Notes: generated by a model from the sequence alone, not told the origin. Counted from the stretch's first letter, positions 43,116-56,708 are shown. The stretch is DNA of 58,143 bases from an uncultured Clostridia bacterium (GCA_947593355.1 CANQDO010000003.1:1-58143); one strand, 5' to 3'. Program-made: numbers and translations.

Positions 43116-44798
43116 GTGATGGAAGATATAGAAATTGCAAGAAGTGTAAAGCTAGATAATATAGTGGATGTAGCCAAAAAATTAGAAATAGATGAAGAAG
43201 AAATAGAGCAATATGGAAAATATAAAGCTAAAATTTCTTTGAATACCTATGAAAAATTAAAAAATAATAAAAATGGAAAACTAATATTAGTTACAGCAAT
43301 TAATCCAACTCCATTAGGAGAAGGAAAAACAACAATGGCAATAGGCTTAGCAGATGGAATTAGAAAGGTTGGAAAAAAATCAGTTCTTGCATTAAGAGAG
43401 CCATCACTTGGACCAGTATTTGGAATAAAAGGTGGAGCAACAGGTGGAGGTTATTCACAAGTAGCTCCTATGGAAGATATAAATCTTCATTTTACAGGGG
43501 ATATTCATGCAATTACGTCAGCAAATAATTTATTATCTGCTATGATAGATAATCATATATATAATGGAAATGAATTAGGGTTTGAAAAAGTGACATGGAA
43601 GAGATGTGTAGACTTAAATGATAGGCAATTAAGAGTTGTAGATACGGGGTTATCAGAAGAAAAAAATATTGTACCTAGAAGGGATGGATTCGATATATCT
43701 GTTGCCTCAGAAGTAATGGCAATTTTTTGCTTAGCAAAAGATTTAAAAGATTTAAAAAGAAGACTAGGCAATATAATAGTAGGCTACAATAAAGAAGGAA
43801 ACCCAATAAAAGCATCAGACTTAAAAGCAGAAGGAGCAATGGCAGTGTTATTAAAAGATGCAATCAATCCAAATTTAGTACAAACATTAGAGCACACACC
43901 TGCAATTATACATGGTGGACCATTTGCAAATATTGCACATGGATGTAATAGTGTTATAGCGACAAAATTAGCATTAAAATTAGGAGATTATGTTGTAACA
44001 GAAGCGGGATTTGGAGCAGATTTAGGAGCAGAAAAGTTCTTAAATATAAAAACAAGAGTATTAGGAGAAGTTCCAAGTGTAGTGGTATTAGTTGCAACAA
44101 TTAAAGCATTAAAATATCACGGAGGAATGCCAAAAGAAGATATAAAAACAGAAAGCATAGAATTCTTAAATAGAGGAATAGAAAATTTATTAAAACATGT
44201 AGATAATATAAAAAATAAATTCGGTTTAAATGTAATAGTTGCAATAAACAAGTACACACATGACACACAAAAAGAAATTGAATGCTTACAACAAAAATTA
44301 TTAGAAAAAGGAGTAATGCTAAGTTTAGTAGAAAGTTGGGAAAAAGGCGGAGAAGGTGCCGTTGATTTAGCTAATAAAGTAATACAACTTTGTGAAAATA
44401 GTAAAAATCAAAATGATTTTAAATATATATATAACTTAGAAGATAGTATAAAAGAAAAAATAGAAAAAGTTGCAAAAAGTATATATGGAGCAACAGAAGT
44501 GGAATACTCAGAAGAAGCAATAGAGCAAATAAAACAAATAGAAGAAACAGAAAACGGAATATACAAAAAAGTTCCAATTTGCATAGCAAAAACACAATAC
44601 TCATTATCAGATGATGCTAAAAACCTTGAATGTAAAGAACCTTTTGCAATACATGTAAAAGAAGTAAAATTGCGAGCAGGTGCTGAATTCATAGTAGTCC
44701 TAACAGGAAAAATAATGACAATGCCAGGACTTCCAAAGAAACCAGCAGCAGAACAAATAGATATAGATGAAAAGGGAAATATCGTAGGAATATTTTAA
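43116..44798 (+). CDS. fhs: Formate-tetrahydrofolate ligase
   Basis: TPLGEGKTT, REPSLGP, GGATGGGYSQV, HGGPFANIAHG, TEAGFGADLG. Confidence 0.97.
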   Translation: MMEDIEIARSVKLDNIVDVAKKLEIDEEEIEQYGKYKAKISLNTYEKLKNNKNGKLILVTAINPTPLGEGKTTMAIGLADGIRKVGKKSVLALREPSLGPVFGIKGGATGGGYSQVAPMEDINLHFTGDIHAITSANNLLSAMIDNHIYNGNELGFEKVTWKRCVDLNDRQLRVVDTGLSEEKNIVPRRDGFDISVASEVMAIFCLAKDLKDLKRRLGNIIVGYNKEGNPIKASDLKAEGAMAVLLKDAINPNLVQTLEHTPAIIHGGPFANIAHGCNSVIATKLALKLGDYVVTEAGFGADLGAEKFLNIKTRVLGEVPSVVVLVATIKALKYHGGMPKEDIKTESIEFLNRGIENLLKHVDNIKNKFGLNVIVAINKYTHDTQKEIECLQQKLLEKGVMLSLVESWEKGGEGAVDLANKVIQLCENSKNQNDFKYIYNLEDSIKEKIEKVAKSIYGATEVEYSEEAIEQIKQIEETENGIYKKVPICIAKTQYSLSDDAKNLECKEPFAIHVKEVKLRAGAEFIVVLTGKIMTMPGLPKKPAAEQIDIDEKGNIVGIF

Positions 44799-45938
44799 AC
44801 TATTAAACTATTAGGGACGTGGTTAAATAGTTTAATGGATTTCTAATAAATCAGAATGTTTATTAATTGTTATATATAAAAAATAGTTTTTAGAATATAT
44901 AAATATGTATAAATAATATGTATAAAATAAATTTTTGATATATAAATAATTAAAATAAACAAAAAGAGGAAAAGATGTAAAATATCTTAAAAGGGCCTAA
45001 AATAAATTTTTATTCTTAAATGATTAAAAATCGTTTAAAAAGCATGAGAAATAAGTATAAGTAATATTTATATTTATTGCTCATTTAAAAGAAAGGAAAG
45101 TGATTTTTATGCCTAGAATAGCAAGAAAAGATTATGATACATCTTTTTTTCATGTAATAATTCATGCAGAAAAAGATGAGTATATATTCAAGGAAAGAAG
45201 GTATAAGCAAAAATATTTAGACTTAATTAATAAAACAAAAGAAGAAATTGATATACAAATAATTGCATATTGCATTATGGATAATCATGTACATATGCTA
45301 GTATATGCCAAAGAAATAGAAAATTTATCTAAATTTATGCAAAGAGTAAATACATCATATGCCATATATTATAATAGAGTATGCAAAAATCAGATTGGAC
45401 ACGTGTATAAAGATAGATATTTGAGTGAGCCAGTAAATGGTAGGAGATATTTTTTTAAATGTATAAATTACATACATCAAAATCCTGTAAAGGCATGTAT
45501 AGTATTGAAATGTGAAGACTATGAATATTCTTCTGCTAATGATTATATAAATAATAGTGGTTGTGCAAAATCTGAAATATTAAGTACAATATTCGAAAAT
45601 GAAAATTATGTAGATTTAATAAATCAGTATAATAAAAACATTAATTTATTTATGGATATAAATCAAAACATAAATGAGAAAATGGATAGTTTAATAAACG
45701 AATTTATGGATGAAAATTCATGTAGTATAATTGATGTTTTGAAAAATTATAGAATTTTTTCAAATCTTATAAAATTTGTAAAAGATGGGGGAAGTATCAC
45801 ATATAATGATATTATAAAAAAATTCAATATTCCAAGAAATAGATTAGTTAATATATTAAAAAGTTGATTATATGCATCTCTGTATATAATAAAAGATTAT
45901 ATACAGCTAAACTATTTAACCCCGTCCCTAATAGTTTA
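44796..45938. mobile_element. REP-bracketed RAYT locus: REP+ 44804-44834, transposase, REP- 45908-45938
   Basis: Inverted REP pair flanks the HUH transposase and its very AT-rich leader; begins at the fhs TAA with an 8-bp partial duplication. Confidence 0.85.
45109..45867 (+). CDS. REP-associated tyrosine transposase-like HUH/Y1 protein (start MPRIAR; ORF track starts 45100)
   Basis: MPR..R, FHV, AYCIMDNHVHML (HUH), M..VN..YA.YYN, GHV..DRY.S, YIHQNPVKA (catalytic Tyr), YSS; C-terminal extension. Confidence 0.9.
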   Translation: MPRIARKDYDTSFFHVIIHAEKDEYIFKERRYKQKYLDLINKTKEEIDIQIIAYCIMDNHVHMLVYAKEIENLSKFMQRVNTSYAIYYNRVCKNQIGHVYKDRYLSEPVNGRRYFFKCINYIHQNPVKACIVLKCEDYEYSSANDYINNSGCAKSEILSTIFENENYVDLINQYNKNINLFMDINQNINEKMDSLINEFMDENSCSIIDVLKNYRIFSNLIKFVKDGGSITYNDIIKKFNIPRNRLVNILKS

Positions 45939-45979
45939 GTTAAGAATGTGAAAAATATGTGAAAATTACTAAATATATA

Positions 45980-46036
45980 TTGACTTTTTATACAAATGGG
46001 TATAAATTATTAGCAGTCTTGAATAAAGACTGCTAA
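45980..46036 (+). promoter_or_regulatory. groESL promoter with CIRCE variant (46010-46036)
   Basis: TTGACT -35; TTAGCAGTC-N9-GACTGCTAA perfect inverted repeat. Confidence 0.88.
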
Positions 46037-46058
46037 AATATTATATAATTATTTATAG

Positions 46059-46352
<294 letters not shown>

Positions 46353-46437
46353 ATCATATATGTTAAATAAAATACATATTGTATAAAAATATATATGAAA
46401 AATGTAATGATAAAATGATGAGGGACTTAAGAGGTGT

Positions 46438-46468
46438 TAAACTATTTAACCCCGTCCCTAATAGTTTA
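46438..46468 (-). repeat. Single REP unit abutting the groEL Shine-Dalgarno
   Basis: Reverse-complement consensus; its terminal A is the first base of AGGAGG. Confidence 0.95.
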
Positions 46469-46469
46469 G

Positions 46470-48113
<1,644 letters not shown>

Positions 48114-48116
<3 letters not shown>

Positions 48117-48330
48117 ACTAATAGGGACGGGGTTAAATAGTTTAGCACATTAGTGTGTAACTTTGAAATTACCGTTAAACTTTTGGGGACGGGGTTAAAT
48201 AGTTTAGTGAATTAATTGCTTTATTGCAAAATAATTAATATACTCTCACTAAACTATTTAACCCCGTCCCCAAAAGTTTAACTAAAAAATAAATTGTGCT
48301 AAACTATTTAACCCCGTCCCTATTAGTTTA
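48114..48330. repeat. Four-unit nested REP palindrome (48114-48144+, 48176-48206+, 48250-48280-, 48300-48330-)
   Basis: Outer pair TAAACTAATAG variant, inner pair TAAACTTTTGG variant; starts at the groEL TAA. Confidence 0.95.
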
Positions 48331-48412
48331 GTTGCAATATTATGGAAAGTATGATAAAATACTAGTATGCAATTTTTATGGATGTAAAAATATATCAAGA
48401 GGAGAACGCAAA

Positions 48413-49222
48413 ATGAAAAGAGAAAACCGGATTTATACAGAATTAGAGAAATCGTATGATGCAGAAAGAATAGACTTCTTTAATAAGGAATTCTTTCGGA
48501 GAGACATGAAAATTTTATTAGATTTTTCAATGTTTTATGTTAAGAAGTTTATGAGTATAGTATATTCAAATGTATTTTTTGGAAATACTTTATACGTAAC
48601 ACAGCAAGCACTTAAAACAGCAACTAAAATGGCAAATGGCAAAATTTATGCTTCAGAATCAGATATTCGAAATTGTAAGTTATTTCTGAATTTCTTGAAA
48701 GGCGATAAAAGGAAGAAAATAGAAATAGTTAAATTAGAAGGGCAAGATGTTGTAGAATATGTAAAATCTAATGAACATATGATTTTGTATGTTTCTAGTG
48801 CTAATTTTTTTTATGAAGCGCAATATAGAGGAGCAAGAGTTAAGTTATATGACAGACATTGTGGAGTGTATAACGAAAGGAGCATAAGATACGATACTCT
48901 TGGAATGTTATTCTTTGATGAAGAAAACAACATGTATATTCCAAGTGATGGTTCAAAACCCGGTACAACTAAAAGAGTTTTCAGTTCATGGTTTAAGGAA
49001 AAATATGGCGAAAGAATAAAAGTTAGTATTGGAGATTATGTAGTAATTAGAAAGGAACTGCCAGAAATAATAACAATCGTAATTTATAGGATAGTGAATT
49101 ATCATTCTAGAAATAATGCTATAAAATTACTCTGGACGGATATTAACAAAAGTGACGCTAAAAGCTCATATGCTAATTATCCTGAACTTCAAACTTTAAT
49201 AGAAATGAATTTATATAATTGA
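48413..49222 (+). CDS. Hypothetical protein (probable ATG 48413)
   Basis: AGGAGA RBS; TTGCAA-17bp-TAAAAT promoter at 48332-48360; no confident family. Confidence 0.65.
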   Translation: MKRENRIYTELEKSYDAERIDFFNKEFFRRDMKILLDFSMFYVKKFMSIVYSNVFFGNTLYVTQQALKTATKMANGKIYASESDIRNCKLFLNFLKGDKRKKIEIVKLEGQDVVEYVKSNEHMILYVSSANFFYEAQYRGARVKLYDRHCGVYNERSIRYDTLGMLFFDEENNMYIPSDGSKPGTTKRVFSSWFKEKYGERIKVSIGDYVVIRKELPEIITIVIYRIVNYHSRNNAIKLLWTDINKSDAKSSYANYPELQTLIEMNLYN

Positions 49223-49320
49223 ATATTTTTACTAATTATAAAGAGGGTGTCCTAAATTGAACTATACCCCAAAAAGTAGAGTTTAGAAAAAAGGGTGCCT
49301 AAAAAAAGAACAGAGTAATT

Positions 49321-50231
49321 CTAATTAGAGTTATTCTGTTCTTTTTGATATTTATCTTTGAATTCTATTGGAGTTAAATATCTTAATGATTTTTGTATTC
49401 TATCATTATTATAATAGTAAATATAATCTATTATCTCCTGAATTAACTTTTTATCATTTTCTATTTGTATTTTTTTATTATATATTAATTCTGTTTTTAA
49501 TGTAGAAAAGAAGCTTTCTGTTGGAGAATTATCTATTGGTTTTCCTTTTCTTGACATACTTTGTAAAAAATTATTATCTTTTAATATTTTTTGAACAATT
49601 GGATGTGTATATTGAAATCCTTGATCACTATGAAAGAAGGTTCCTTCTTCTATTGCTTTATTTTTAACTTGATTTATTGTATCTATTACTAATTTCATAC
49701 TCGGAGAATAACTAACTTCAACTGCCTCTATAACTTTAGTATAGAAATCTTTTATTATTGAAACATATACTTTTTTTCCACTTTTTTTAAATTCAGATAT
49801 ATCTGTCGCTAATTTGTCATAAGGAGAACTTGCTTCAAAATTTCTATTTAATTTATTTCTTGAAAATACTGTTTTACTTATTCCATACCTTCTTTGTTTC
49901 GGACGTACAACTGATGTTAAGCCATATTTTTTCATTAATCTAGCAATTCTTTTATGATTATATTTTTTATTATATATTCTTTCATATTCATGTGTCATTC
50001 TTTCTGAACCCATTCTAAATTTATGCTTTTGTTGTAATTTTTGTAAATTTGCAACAATTTCTTTTTTTCTTTATTCACATTTCCTCTATGTTTTTGCCAG
50101 TTAAAAAAGCCAGATTTACTCACTTTTAAAATTTCACAAAGTAAAGAAATTGTATAATTTTCTTTTAATTCATATATCACATTAAATCTAATGTTTTTGC
50201 TTACTGATTCAATATTTCCAATGTTTTTTTT
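49321..50231 (-). CDS. IS3 OrfB DDE transposase, split by a second frame change at 50061-50068
   Basis: LCEILKVSKSGF in one frame; NHKRIARLM, TDISEF, HSDQGFQY, SMSRKG..DN...ESFF..LK.E in the next frame. Confidence 0.85.
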
Positions 50232-50494
50232 AATACATCTCTCTCAGCTTTTACATATGTTAATTCTTCTTCTATACTAGAAAAGTGTTTTTTATTAATT
50301 CCTTTTTTACTAGATTTTCCAGTATTATTCTTCTTCAATTCTTCAACTCCACCTAATTCATATTTTTTAAACCATTTTCGTACTGTTGAACGAGGAATTC
50401 CGTATTCTTTCTCAATTTTCTTTTCTCCCATTCCATTTTCTGTATGTTCTTTACATATTTTTAACTTTATTTCTAAATCATATTTTTTTCTCAT
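50201..50494 (-). CDS. IS3 OrfA (HTH)
   Basis: KYDLEIKL, YGIPRSTVRKW.KKY...G; ends at an A8 slippery run. Confidence 0.88.
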   Translation of the reverse strand: MRKKYDLEIKLKICKEHTENGMGEKKIEKEYGIPRSTVRKWFKKYELGGVEELKKNNTGKSSKKGINKKHFSSIEEELTYVKAERDVLKKTLEILNQ

Positions 50495-50823
50495 ATTATT
50501 ATCACCATAATGATTATATCATAAAAAGAGACACAGAAAAACATTTCTATGTCTCTTTGGGCACCCTTTTTTCTAAACTCTACTTTTTGGGGTATAGTTC
50601 ATTTTTAGGCACCCTTTTTTCTAAACTCTACTTTTTGGGGTATAGTTCATTTTAGGACACCCTCTTTTATAATTAACAAAATTTGAAAATAAAAATAAAA
50701 TTATCTATTGTGTATAACTTGAAAATTTAGTATAATAGTACAATAGAGAAAGCAATTTTGAATAAAATAATTGTTTACTACTATATAAGCCTTGTAATAA
50801 AACTAGAAAGGAATGAAAATTAC

Positions 50824-52227
50824 ATGAACGTAAGAAAAGTATTTAAAATAATAGGAAAAATTTTATTTTTTATAATTATAATTGCTATTTTAGTAATAGC
50901 ATATTTAATTTATTCTAAATATAATTTTAATGAATATGTAAAAGCAGAGTATAATAGAGGACTTTCTGAATTTGAAAGAGATAGTAAAGTGAAATATTCT
51001 GAAACAAATAGTTATAAAATACATAGTGAACAATATAATGATGCCATGTTTTATAAAGAAATACCAGTTTCTCCAAATACAGCATATAGAGTTACTTGTA
51101 TGGTAAAAACTGAAAATGTAGAAAATGAAGAAGATAATGCAGATTCAGGAGCACATATATGTTTAAATAAAACTATGGAAAAATCTGTAGATGTAACAGG
51201 GACAACAGATTGGACAAAACTTGAATTTGTATTTAATTCAAAAGATAAAACTAAGGTGGAAGTAGGATTTAGATTAGGTGGTTATGCAGGAAATTCAAAA
51301 GGAACAGCGTGGTTTTCAGATTTTAAAATAGAATCTGGAAGTGCAGATACATCAAACACATGGAATTTCTTATGCTTGCTATTTGACAATGTTAATGTAA
51401 ACATACCATATGATAACGGAGAAAGAAATGTAAAATTGCATTTATCGCAAGAAGATAAAGAAGACATGAAGACTTGTATTGAAAGATTTAAAACATCATT
51501 ATCAGAATTATCTAAAGGAAAGATAAATGCCAAATATGAAGTAAAAGAAATAACAGAAGAAATAACTACAATGTCACATGACAAAGATAATGGATATTAT
51601 GTATCTCCAACAGATGTTAAAGAAACATTGGACAAATATATTGATGCTGGAAAGTATGATCATATTTTTATAGCATTTAGAACAGGAGATATAAATACGC
51701 AAAATGAAATACCAGTTAATGATTGGATAGGACTTGGAGGAATGCAATACAGGGGCATAGGATTTTCAAATATAAGACTTCCAAATGAGTCTAATAATTA
51801 TATTTATAAATATGACACAAGAATAAACACATTTCCAGAAGAAGTATATATACACGAATTTTTGCATACTTTAGAAAGAAATTCAGAAGAATATGGGTAT
51901 GAGGTACCAGAGCTACACTCATATTCATATTACGGATACCAAGATCAAAAATTAGTAGGCTTAAAAGATTGGTACAAAGATTATTTGAATTGTGAAATAA
52001 GGTCATCTAGTGGAAATATTGGATTAAATGAGGAAATATTTACTAAAAAGCCTGCAAAAGCAAGTGATTTTAATTTATCAATAGAACTTAATGATTTAAA
52101 AGAGCCTGCAAACATTTTTGAAGAAATAGGAATATTGTTTAAAAAATTAATAAAAATGTTTAGCAATGAAAGTAGCCCAAATATTGAAAATCAAAATGAA
52201 TTAGTAGAAAGTGAAATAGGAGCATAG
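50824..52227 (+). CDS. Membrane-anchored protein with CBM4/9-like domain and HExxH motif (probable start 50824)
   Basis: N-terminal TM helix; PNTAYRV...VKTENV, GTTDWTKL.F.F, GTAWFSDF; HEFLH. Confidence 0.65.
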   Translation: MNVRKVFKIIGKILFFIIIIAILVIAYLIYSKYNFNEYVKAEYNRGLSEFERDSKVKYSETNSYKIHSEQYNDAMFYKEIPVSPNTAYRVTCMVKTENVENEEDNADSGAHICLNKTMEKSVDVTGTTDWTKLEFVFNSKDKTKVEVGFRLGGYAGNSKGTAWFSDFKIESGSADTSNTWNFLCLLFDNVNVNIPYDNGERNVKLHLSQEDKEDMKTCIERFKTSLSELSKGKINAKYEVKEITEEITTMSHDKDNGYYVSPTDVKETLDKYIDAGKYDHIFIAFRTGDINTQNEIPVNDWIGLGGMQYRGIGFSNIRLPNESNNYIYKYDTRINTFPEEVYIHEFLHTLERNSEEYGYEVPELHSYSYYGYQDQKLVGLKDWYKDYLNCEIRSSSGNIGLNEEIFTKKPAKASDFNLSIELNDLKEPANIFEEIGILFKKLIKMFSNESSPNIENQNELVESEIGA

Positions 52228-52266
52228 CAGTTAAAAAACTAAATAAAGCCAATAATAGAAAGAAGA

Positions 52267-53295
52267 ATGAAAATGAAAGTAGCAGATTTTAATTATGATT
52301 TACCAAAAGAATTAATAGCACAAGTACCAATAAAAAATAGAGATGAATCTAGGCTTATGGTATTAAATAGAAAAACAAAAACAATAGAAGATAAAACATT
52401 TAAAGATATATTAAATTATTTAAATCCAGGAGATTGCTTAGTTAGAAATAATACTAAAGTATTACCAGCAAGATTATATGGAGTAAAAGAAGAAACTGGG
52501 GCAAATGTTGAATTTTTATTGCTAAAAAGAATAGAAGGAGACATTTGGGAAGTTATGGTAAGACCAGGAAAGAAATTATTACCAGGTGCAAAAGTTTCTT
52601 TTGAAAATGGAATATTAAAAGCAGAAGTGCTAGAAAAAATGGATGAAGGAAACAGAAAAGTAAAATTTGAATATGATGGTATTTTTAATGAAATATTAGA
52701 TAAAATAGGGTTAATGCCATTGCCACCATATATAAAAGAAAGATTGAAAGATAAAGATAGATATCAAACTGTATATGCTAAATATGAAGGCTCAAGTGCA
52801 GCCCCAACAGCAGGATTGCATTTTACAGAAGAATTGTTAGAAAAAATAAGGCAAAAAGGTGTTGAAATAGCAAATGTTACACTACATGTTGGAATAGGTA
52901 CATTCAGACCAGTAAAAGAAGAAACAGTAGAGGCACATGACATGCATAGTGAGCACTTTTATATAAAGCAGGAAGACGTAGATAAAATAAACAATACAAG
53001 AAAAAATGGAGGAAGAATTATTGCAGTAGGAACTACATCTTGTAGAGTATTAGAAACAATTGCAGATGAAAATGGAATGGTTAAAGAAACAGAGGCAGAT
53101 ACAAAAATATTTATATATCCAGGCTATAAATTTAAATGTATAGATGCACTTATTACAAACTTCCATTTACCAGAATCAACATTAATAATGTTAGTTTCAG
53201 CATTAGCAGGAAAAGATTATATAATGGAAGCATACAAGCATGCTGTAGAAGAAAAATATAGATTTTTTAGTTTCGGAGATGCAATGTTAATCAGT

Positions 53296-53298
<3 letters not shown>
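52267..53298 (+). CDS. queA: SAM:tRNA ribosyltransferase-isomerase
   Basis: [52 protein letters not shown]. Confidence 0.97.
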
Positions 53299-54663
<1,365 letters not shown>

Positions 54664-54675
54664 AACATAAGAGGA

Positions 54676-56109
54676 GTGAGTATTATGCAAATAATAGGAG
54701 AAGAAATGCCAGATACTGAAAATAAAAACAAAAAAATGATAAAAATAATACTTATTATAGTAGCAATTTTATTTATCTTAAGTATAGCTTTAATATGTTA
54801 TATAATATATTTAAGTTCCACACAGTTTAAATTTACAGTAGATGATAAATCAATATCTAAATTTTCAGAAGATTTATTTATTTTTGAAGAAGATAAAGTA
54901 TATATATCAATAAAAGATTTCGCAAGTTTAGTAGGATATGCAGCATATAATGGAGGCTATGGAAGTGCTACGCAATTTTCAGAAGATACTACGAAGTGTT
55001 ATATACAAAGTTCGAATGAAATAGCTTCATTTGAAATGGATTCAAGCAGAATATACAAAACAGAACCTAACAGTGAAGATGAGTTTGAATATTTTACATT
55101 ACAAGAACCAGTAAAATACATTAATAATAAATTATATTTAACACCTGAAGGAATGAGCGTAGCTTGTAATGTAAAAATAGTATATAGTAAAGAAAAAAAT
55201 AGTATAACAGTAATAACACTACCATATTTAGCACAAGCATATATAGCATCATATACTAATGCAGGAATAGAGAAAAATTTTAAAAACCAAAAGGCTATAT
55301 TATATGATATGTTAGTTATTACTGATGGGTCAAAGAATAGACCTCAATATGGTGTATATTCAATTTCTGAACAAAGGGAGATTATAGGAACAAAATATAG
55401 TAAAATAGAATTTGTAGAAAGTACAAGGGAATTTATAGTAACAACATCTGAACAAAAAGTAGGAATAATAACAGCGACAGGTCAAACAAAAGTAACTCCT
55501 CAATATACTGAATTAAAGCAAATAGATAGAGATTTAAACTTATATTTAGCAACAAATAGCAATGGCAAAAAAGGAATAATAGAAAGAAATGGAAAAATAT
55601 TAATATATTTAGAATATGATGAAATAGGAATAGATACGAAACAGTTTTCAAATAGCAATATAAAAAATAAATATCTATTATTCGATAACTGTATTCCTGT
55701 AAAACAGAATGGTAAAATTGGGTTATATGATAAAAGAGGAAATCTAATAGTTCCAGTGGAATATGACGATATAGGATATATAGTAGGTTCAAATAATAAA
55801 GCATATAATAATGTAATTACAATACCTGAAATTGAAGGAATAGTATTAGGTAAAGAATTAACTCTTGAAGATAACAAGAAACAGAAACTATATACTGTAG
55901 TAAATTCATCAGGAAAAGAATTAATTCCATTATCAATAGAATCAATATATTCTATAACATCAGAGGGAAGAGAGGAATATATAATGGTAAATCAAGGAGT
56001 AAACTATAATGTTCTAGATTTTATTGCAAGGAATACATCAGTAGCAGGTGAAAATACTAACACAAATTCGCAAACAAGTACAAATACAGTAGTAAATGAA
56101 GAAAGTTAA
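54676..56109 (+). CDS. Hypothetical membrane-anchored surface protein with WG-like repeats
   Basis: N-terminal TM helix; repeated KxGIIxxxGxxxxxxxYxxI units. Confidence 0.65.
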   Translation: MSIMQIIGEEMPDTENKNKKMIKIILIIVAILFILSIALICYIIYLSSTQFKFTVDDKSISKFSEDLFIFEEDKVYISIKDFASLVGYAAYNGGYGSATQFSEDTTKCYIQSSNEIASFEMDSSRIYKTEPNSEDEFEYFTLQEPVKYINNKLYLTPEGMSVACNVKIVYSKEKNSITVITLPYLAQAYIASYTNAGIEKNFKNQKAILYDMLVITDGSKNRPQYGVYSISEQREIIGTKYSKIEFVESTREFIVTTSEQKVGIITATGQTKVTPQYTELKQIDRDLNLYLATNSNGKKGIIERNGKILIYLEYDEIGIDTKQFSNSNIKNKYLLFDNCIPVKQNGKIGLYDKRGNLIVPVEYDDIGYIVGSNNKAYNNVITIPEIEGIVLGKELTLEDNKKQKLYTVVNSSGKELIPLSIESIYSITSEGREEYIMVNQGVNYNVLDFIARNTSVAGENTNTNSQTSTNTVVNEES

Positions 56110-56306
56110 ACAACAAGTACAAACGCAGTTGAAGATGAAGTAACAGGTTCAAATTCAATTGCAAATAAGGAAAATGAAGTAACAAGATAGTAATTATAAG
56201 AGTTCTAAAAAAATAACCTCCGAATAATATTAATAAACGGAGGTTATTATTATGGAAAAAATAATTTTTTCATATTATGCCTACATTTAAGCAAAATAAG
56301 AAAGGA

Positions 56307-56708
56307 ATGGATTTTATGGAAAATATAGATAAAGAAGGAATGTACAAAAATATTATTAATATAATAAAAGGTACCGTAATAGCAATAATTATTACATTAA
56401 TAGGATTATTAATTTTTGCTACTGTACTTACGTATACAGATGTGGGAGAAGAAACTATAAAGCCTGTTATAATAGTTATTACGGCAATTAGCATATTAAT
56501 TGGAAGTGGAATTAGTACAAGGAAAATAAAAAAGATGGGTTTAGTAAATGGAGGTATAGTAGGATTAATATATATTCTATTAATTTATATAACATCTAGT
56601 ATAACAGGTTCAGGATTTGCTTTAAATATGTATTCTGCAATGATGTTAGGTGCTAGTGTTATAGCTGGAATATTAGGAGGAATTATAGGTGTTAATATGA
56701 AAAAGTGA
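56307..56708 (+). CDS. TIGR04086/YrzE-like membrane protein
   Basis: Four TM helices, G...G...GL.Y, C-terminal GILGGIIGVN; downstream of tgt. Confidence 0.75.
   Translation: MDFMENIDKEGMYKNIINIIKGTVIAIIITLIGLLIFATVLTYTDVGEETIKPVIIVITAISILIGSGISTRKIKKMGLVNGGIVGLIYILLIYITSSITGSGFALNMYSAMMLGASVIAGILGGIIGVNMKK

Larger units (their letters stand above)
49258..50649 (-). mobile_element. IS3-family insertion sequence with 42-bp terminal inverted repeats and an extra tandem IR copy
   Basis: IR TGAACTATACCCCAAAAAGTAGAGTTTAGAAAAAAGGGTGCC at 49258-49299; complements at 50560-50601 and 50608-50649; orfA/orfB inside. Confidence 0.92.

Noticed and set aside
48413-49222. Possible PIN-like nuclease (KILLDFS)
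   Set aside because: Other acidic catalytic residues are not identifiable by eye; left as hypothetical.
50386-50655. 89-aa ORF with a repeated LGTLFSKLYFLGYSSF
   Set aside because: It is the translation of the duplicated IS3 inverted repeat.
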